Source: Candidatus Nanohaloarchaea archaeon (GTDB lineage: Archaea; Nanohalarchaeota; Nanosalinia; Nanosalinales; Nanosalinaceae). From it: DNA of 11,201 nt. Numbering within the stretch: the first letter of the stretch is position 1; every line of letters begins with the position of its first letter. Below the pieces are notes generated by a model. That model saw only the letters and a program-made list of their open reading frames with translations. It did not search any database and was not told where the DNA came from. Below, one piece after another: positions 8,092 through 11,201 of this stretch. Position numbers and translations under genes: made by a program. The DNA is taken from NCBI GenBank assembly GCA_042218075.1, contig JBDGRK010000034.1:1-11201 (forward strand), written 5' to 3'.

Positions 8092-8592
8092 ATGGAGGCA
8101 GAAAAATTCAGACCTCTGATAGGAGTTTTCGGTTTCGTCGCGGTTTCTACCGCTTCCATAACATACTTCCGGTCCGACTACTCCATAATGTCGATCGGGA
8201 AGACGTTCATGTCCATGTTCTTCCTGACTTTCGGTTCGTTCAAGCTTTACAACCTGGAGGGATTCAGGGAAGCCTTCATGAACTACGATCCTGTAGCTGA
8301 GAAAAGTAGTCTTTACGCTACTCTCTACCCGTTTTTAGAGGTTTCAATCGGACTTCTTTACTTCCTTCTGCTCCACGTTTCATTCCAGATGCTGGCGATA
8401 TCGGTTTTCAGCCTGACGATTCTCCTGATGGTAATGAACGGTTCAGGAGTTCTGCATGCGCTCAGAGAAGGCAGGGATCTACAGTGCGCATGCCTGGGTA
8501 ATGTGTTCAACGTTCCGATGACATGGGTGACATTGACCGAGGACTCTCTGATGGCTCTCATGGCTTTCTGGATGCTATTATCGGTTATCTAG
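8092..8592 (+). CDS. MauE/DoxX-family membrane protein
   Basis: Motifs FFLTFGSFKL, F.EAFMNYD, YPFLEVSIG, LQCACLG.VFNVPM..VTL.ED, with about five hydrophobic segments. TATA-like TTAATTA at 8061-8067. Confidence 0.85.
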   Translation: MEAEKFRPLIGVFGFVAVSTASITYFRSDYSIMSIGKTFMSMFFLTFGSFKLYNLEGFREAFMNYDPVAEKSSLYATLYPFLEVSIGLLYFLLLHVSFQMLAISVFSLTILLMVMNGSGVLHALREGRDLQCACLGNVFNVPMTWVTLTEDSLMALMAFWMLLSVI

Positions 8593-8619
8593 TCAAAAGG
8601 ACAGAATACTGTATTGCAG

Positions 8620-9321
8620 CTACCGCAGAGTTTTCAGAATGCTGAAGCTTTCTCTTTCCAGCCTCGCAACGTAGTTCTCAAGTCTCCTCTCGTACTTTAC
8701 GGATAGCAGACTTATACCTGCCAGGAGTGACGCGGAGCCGAGAAGGTTTAAGGGGTTGGCATTAGCGGCGCTGCTTCCGGTCGTGGCCAGAAGGGCTATA
8801 CCGGGTATCCTCCCGATGGATGCCATCAGGAAGAGCTTTTTCAGGTCAAGGTCCGTGAGCCCGGCGACGAAGCAGAGTGCATCGTCGGGGAAGCCCGGGA
8901 ATACGAAGAGCACAAGGAAGGGAAGGTATCCGTGTCCCGAAGTGTACCTGTCAAACTTTTCCATCCCTTCGTCGGATAGAAACTTTTCAACCGCAGACCT
9001 GCCGTACCTCCTCGCGATCAGTAATGCGACCAGACTTCCAATCGCAGCCCCGATGAAACTGTAAAGTGTTCCCTCCACTGCACCGTACAACATGCCGCTG
9101 ACCACCGGTACCGCTGGAGGTAGTGGAGCTATCATGACCTGGGCGAACTGCGCCAAAATCACACCTGGCGGGCCGTAAGGCCCCACTATTCCGGCTATCC
9201 TCTGGGAGGTGAATGTAAAGGAGGAGGAAAAAAGTTCGAAACCTATAAAGCTGACAATTGACACTGTCGCGGCCAGAATGGCTGTTTCTATTTTTCGTTT
9301 CCTGGATGAGAATACTTGCAT
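8620..9321 (-). CDS. TVP38/TMEM64 (VTT domain, DedA superfamily) membrane protein
   Basis: Motifs QFAQVMIAPLP, SGMLYG...GTLYS.IG..IGS...L.IARRYGR, FVFPGFPDDALCFVAGLT and GRIPG. Confidence 0.93.
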   Translation of the reverse strand: MQVFSSRKRKIETAILAATVSIVSFIGFELFSSSFTFTSQRIAGIVGPYGPPGVILAQFAQVMIAPLPPAVPVVSGMLYGAVEGTLYSFIGAAIGSLVALLIARRYGRSAVEKFLSDEGMEKFDRYTSGHGYLPFLVLFVFPGFPDDALCFVAGLTDLDLKKLFLMASIGRIPGIALLATTGSSAANANPLNLLGSASLLAGISLLSVKYERRLENYVARLERESFSILKTLR

Positions 9322-9984
9322 CTATAAAGAGTAATTTCGGACCTCCGACTTTAATTTTTGGCCATACTTCCTGTAGAAAATGTAAACGACCAGAGCAGCA
9401 GCACCGATCAATGTAAGTGTTCTGGAAAAGTTTTTTATCTTTGAGACTATGAGACCGTAGTTTTGCCCGGCCTTCCAGCCTAGGTAGCCGTAACCTATAT
9501 GGCGAGGGATCATTCCTATGAATGTTATTAACCCGTAAGGCTTCCAGTCCATCCTGAAAATGCCGGCAGCTACGGAGACCGTGGTAATCGGAAATATGGG
9601 AAGAATTCTGAACAGCATGAGATAGCTTTTCTCCTTCTCATCGCTGAAATGACTTTCGAAACTCTCAACATCCTGCCAGGAAAAGTTAGCGTATTTTCCT
9701 ATCCTGTTTATGGCGGGTTTGCCTCCATATAAACCCGCCCCGTACATAAAAAACGATCCGGCTGTTATACCCAGTGATCCTATCAGGCTTATCTCCAGGA
9801 ATATCTCGACCAGGGCCGGCCAGAGTGCAGTAGTTTCTACCAGTAGAGCCCCTGCACTGACTATGATTAATGCCGCCGGTATTACGAAGAGCACTTCCTC
9901 CAGTATCATGCCTGTAAAAATCGCTGCCAATCCGTAATTCCGGATGAACTGTACGATGGATGCCTCTGCCACAATCTCCGACAT
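9322..9984 (-). CDS. DedA-family membrane protein
   Basis: Motifs YGLAAIFTGMILEEVLFVIPA, GSFFMYGAGLYGGK, FRILPIFP...SVAAG.FRM and YLGW. Its stop codon directly abuts the TVP38 ATG. TATA-like ATAAATA (minus) at 10007-10013. Confidence 0.92.
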   Translation of the reverse strand: MSEIVAEASIVQFIRNYGLAAIFTGMILEEVLFVIPAALIIVSAGALLVETTALWPALVEIFLEISLIGSLGITAGSFFMYGAGLYGGKPAINRIGKYANFSWQDVESFESHFSDEKEKSYLMLFRILPIFPITTVSVAAGIFRMDWKPYGLITFIGMIPRHIGYGYLGWKAGQNYGLIVSKIKNFSRTLTLIGAAALVVYIFYRKYGQKLKSEVRNYSL

Positions 9985-10087
9985 AATGGGTTTATCTCTG
10001 GGACTCTATTTATGGTTACCTGAAGATGGTAGAAAAATTTACCTGAACTTTCCCTGTGTAAACCATTCGGAACGCTGTAGATGAGTT

Positions 10088-10206
10088 AAAATGAAAATAG
10101 GCAGGGAGAGACGGTAGAAAGTCAGAGACTTTCTCGAACTCTCGAACCTTGCGGTTCGGAGTGGAAATGAATGTGTTAAGCTACCCGATTTTGCTTCCGG
10201 GTAGCT
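10088..10206 (-). other. Structured 3' trailer of the 16S pre-rRNA: three hairpins followed by U-rich tracts (possible terminator)
   Basis: Inverted repeats at 10179-10187/10198-10206 (AGCTACCCG/CGGGTAGCT), 10143-10148/10153-10158 (GCAA tetraloop on minus) and 10116-10123/10127-10134. These are followed on the minus strand by UAUUUUCAUUUU at 10088-10099. Confidence 0.6.
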
Positions 10207-10214
10207 AGGTTTTC

Positions 10215-10256
10215 TGGAGGTGATCCAGCCGATGGTTCCCCAACGGCTACCTTGTT
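10215..10256 (-). rRNA. rrs: 16S rRNA 3' exon (A1499 to 3' end: helix 45 and anti-Shine-Dalgarno)
   Basis: The minus strand reads AACAAGGUAGCCGUUGGGGAACCAUCGGCUGGAUCACCUCCA. The exact mature 3' end is uncertain by a few nt. Confidence 0.97.
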
Positions 10257-11077
10257 CGCTTGCTCCCACACTAAGGTGGTCGGACGTCGTGAAGACGTCA
10301 CCCTGACTCGCGTCAAGGCGCGGACTGTATCATCTCCCTCAGCAGTTGATTTTTTCGTGGATGCCAAGACCCAATCTTTCTGGCAAATTCCTGATGAGAT
10401 TTACTGGATATGTAGAATCTCCAGTAATCAGGTTTTGCGGTTTTACTGGGTCTGTGCAGCTTACCTGTGTTTATGTCGAACTCTTCGAGGAAGTTCTTGA
10501 CTTCCTTGAGATCTTTTTCGTCCTTCTGTGCGAAGTAGATGTAAAATCGCACGTCTTGACTTTTTGGAACGCTTCCTTCCGCGTCGAAATAACCGCGGAC
10601 ATAGTCCTTTCTCTCGGACTCTGAGCTAATCTCAAAGTCTTGAAGAACTTGCTTGCTGAACTCGACGACATGAACTCCTCTCCCACCTTCCTCGTAAATC
10701 CAGGATTTGAATCCCAAATCGTTGATAATCGAGGAAAGTTTTTCGACAAGTTCACGATTTTTCTGCGAGATTCTGTAAGTGTAATCTCGCTCCGTCGAGT
10801 CGTGAAGCATTCCCTTCAGGTAAGCCTTTGACATCCTTGAATCAACTTGTTTAGGGGCCGGCGTGCAGTCTCTGAGGGGCTATCCTTCTCTGTTTCCAGA
10901 TTTGGAGTGAGCTTCCCTGCGGATTGACCGCATCACTCGGAAATTGTTACCTAATGATTCTCCGAGCCTGAAAAAGCTGACGGAGACTATTCCGGTATTC
11001 CGAGATACTTGCGGTGTTTCCCGCATACAGCCGGTTTTATCTCAGACCTTTCGATCTGAGGTCACAATTCAAGGATT
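10257..11077 (-). mobile_element. Group I intron (821 nt, probably subgroup IB) in 16S rRNA at S1498
   Basis: The 5' exon ends in U and the intron ends in G. P1: GUCAU|AAU pairs with AUUGUGAC, with a U-G wobble at the splice site. P2 has a GAAA loop (11041-11060). P UAUGCGGGAAA (11017-11027), Q AAUCCGCAGG (10916-10925), R UCAGAGACUGCA (10864-10875), S AUGAUACAGUCC (10322-10333). P9 has a GCGA loop (10301-10318). Confidence 0.95.
10313..10834 (-). CDS. Intron-encoded LAGLIDADG homing endonuclease, two-motif type with a divergent first motif
   Basis: Motif 2 is DYVRGYFDAEGS followed by IYFAQKD..DL..VK.FL. Motif 1 is AYLKGMLHDS followed by YRISQKNRELVEKL. The ORF starts in the intron L8 loop. 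Confidence 0.92.
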   Translation of the reverse strand: MSKAYLKGMLHDSTERDYTYRISQKNRELVEKLSSIINDLGFKSWIYEEGGRGVHVVEFSKQVLQDFEISSESERKDYVRGYFDAEGSVPKSQDVRFYIYFAQKDEKDLKEVKNFLEEFDINTGKLHRPSKTAKPDYWRFYISSKSHQEFARKIGSWHPRKNQLLREMIQSAP

Positions 11078-11201
11078 ATGACTTAGCCCCCCTTGCCAAG
11101 CTCAGACTTGCATCCGGAAAACCGGAGGCTCGTCTGAACCTGACTCGGGTGACTTGACAGGCGGTGTGTACAAGGAGCAGGGACTTATTCGCCGCTAGAT
11201 G
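11078..11201 (-). rRNA. rrs: Archaeal 16S rRNA, upstream exon (helices 43-44 to U1498), continuing beyond the window
   Basis: The minus strand reads ...GAAUAAGUCCCUGCUCCUUGUACACACCGCCUGUCAAG...GGGGGGCUAAGUCAU. CCCUGCUCCUUG is the archaeal form of this segment. Confidence 0.97.

Noticed and set aside
8019-9937. ORFs 8019..8300, 8358..8561, 8756..9064 and 9710..9937
   Set aside because: They are alternative-frame or antisense overlaps of the MauE-like and DedA-family genes.
10116-10206. Possible tRNA or separate ncRNA downstream of the 16S
   Set aside because: There is no acceptor stem or cloverleaf, and the GGTTCG match is one arm of a GNRA hairpin. It is best explained as pre-rRNA trailer.
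10039-10831. ORFs 10039..10269, 10176..10367, 10252..10500, 10346..10624, 10471..10755 and 10640..10831
   Set aside because: They overlap rRNA, intron structure or the endonuclease gene in other frames or strands and show no recognisable motifs.
10257-11077. Reading the 16S insert as a bulge-helix-bulge archaeal intron or a group II intron
   Set aside because: The boundaries follow group I rules (exon U paired with G in P1, terminal G) and P/Q/R/S are all present. There are no GUGYG...AY ends and no long stem joining the two intron termini.
10255-11077. Alternative intron boundaries shifted by 1-2 nt because AA occurs at both junctions
   Set aside because: Only 10257..11077 gives both a 5' exon ending in U and an intron ending in G.
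11085-11154. Helix 44 shorter than in E. coli (70 nt between the 1408 and 1492 equivalents)
   Set aside because: A shortened helix 44 is common in archaeal 16S rRNA, so this is not distinctive.

Overview
This is an archaeal window, most likely from a halophilic DPANN lineage (Candidatus Nanohaloarchaeota). That call is inferred from the very Glu/Asp-rich soluble proteins, TATA boxes about 25-30 nt before ATGs (leaderless genes), and an archaeal 16S gene with no linked tRNA-Ala or 23S. Almost all genes are on the minus strand. In transcription order (right to left): the 3' end of a 16S rRNA gene is split after U1498 (E. coli numbering) by an 821-nt group I intron. P1/IGS, P10, the P-Q-R-S elements, P9 and the terminal G are all readable, and a LAGLIDADG homing endonuclease ORF starts in L8 and runs through the ribozyme core. 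The 16S decoding site has a compensatory U1404-A1497 pair instead of the usual C-G. Next come two tandem DedA-superfamily genes and a plus-strand MauE/DoxX-like gene. These are followed by a four-gene MacB/LolD-type ABC operon (ATPase, COG1361-like anchored protein, two permeases) and an orphan LOV-domain histidine kinase. The left end holds an XRE-family HTH regulator among small membrane proteins; two of these are paralogues with a near-identical promoter/operator block (GTAAAG-N4-CTTTAC directly against the start codon).
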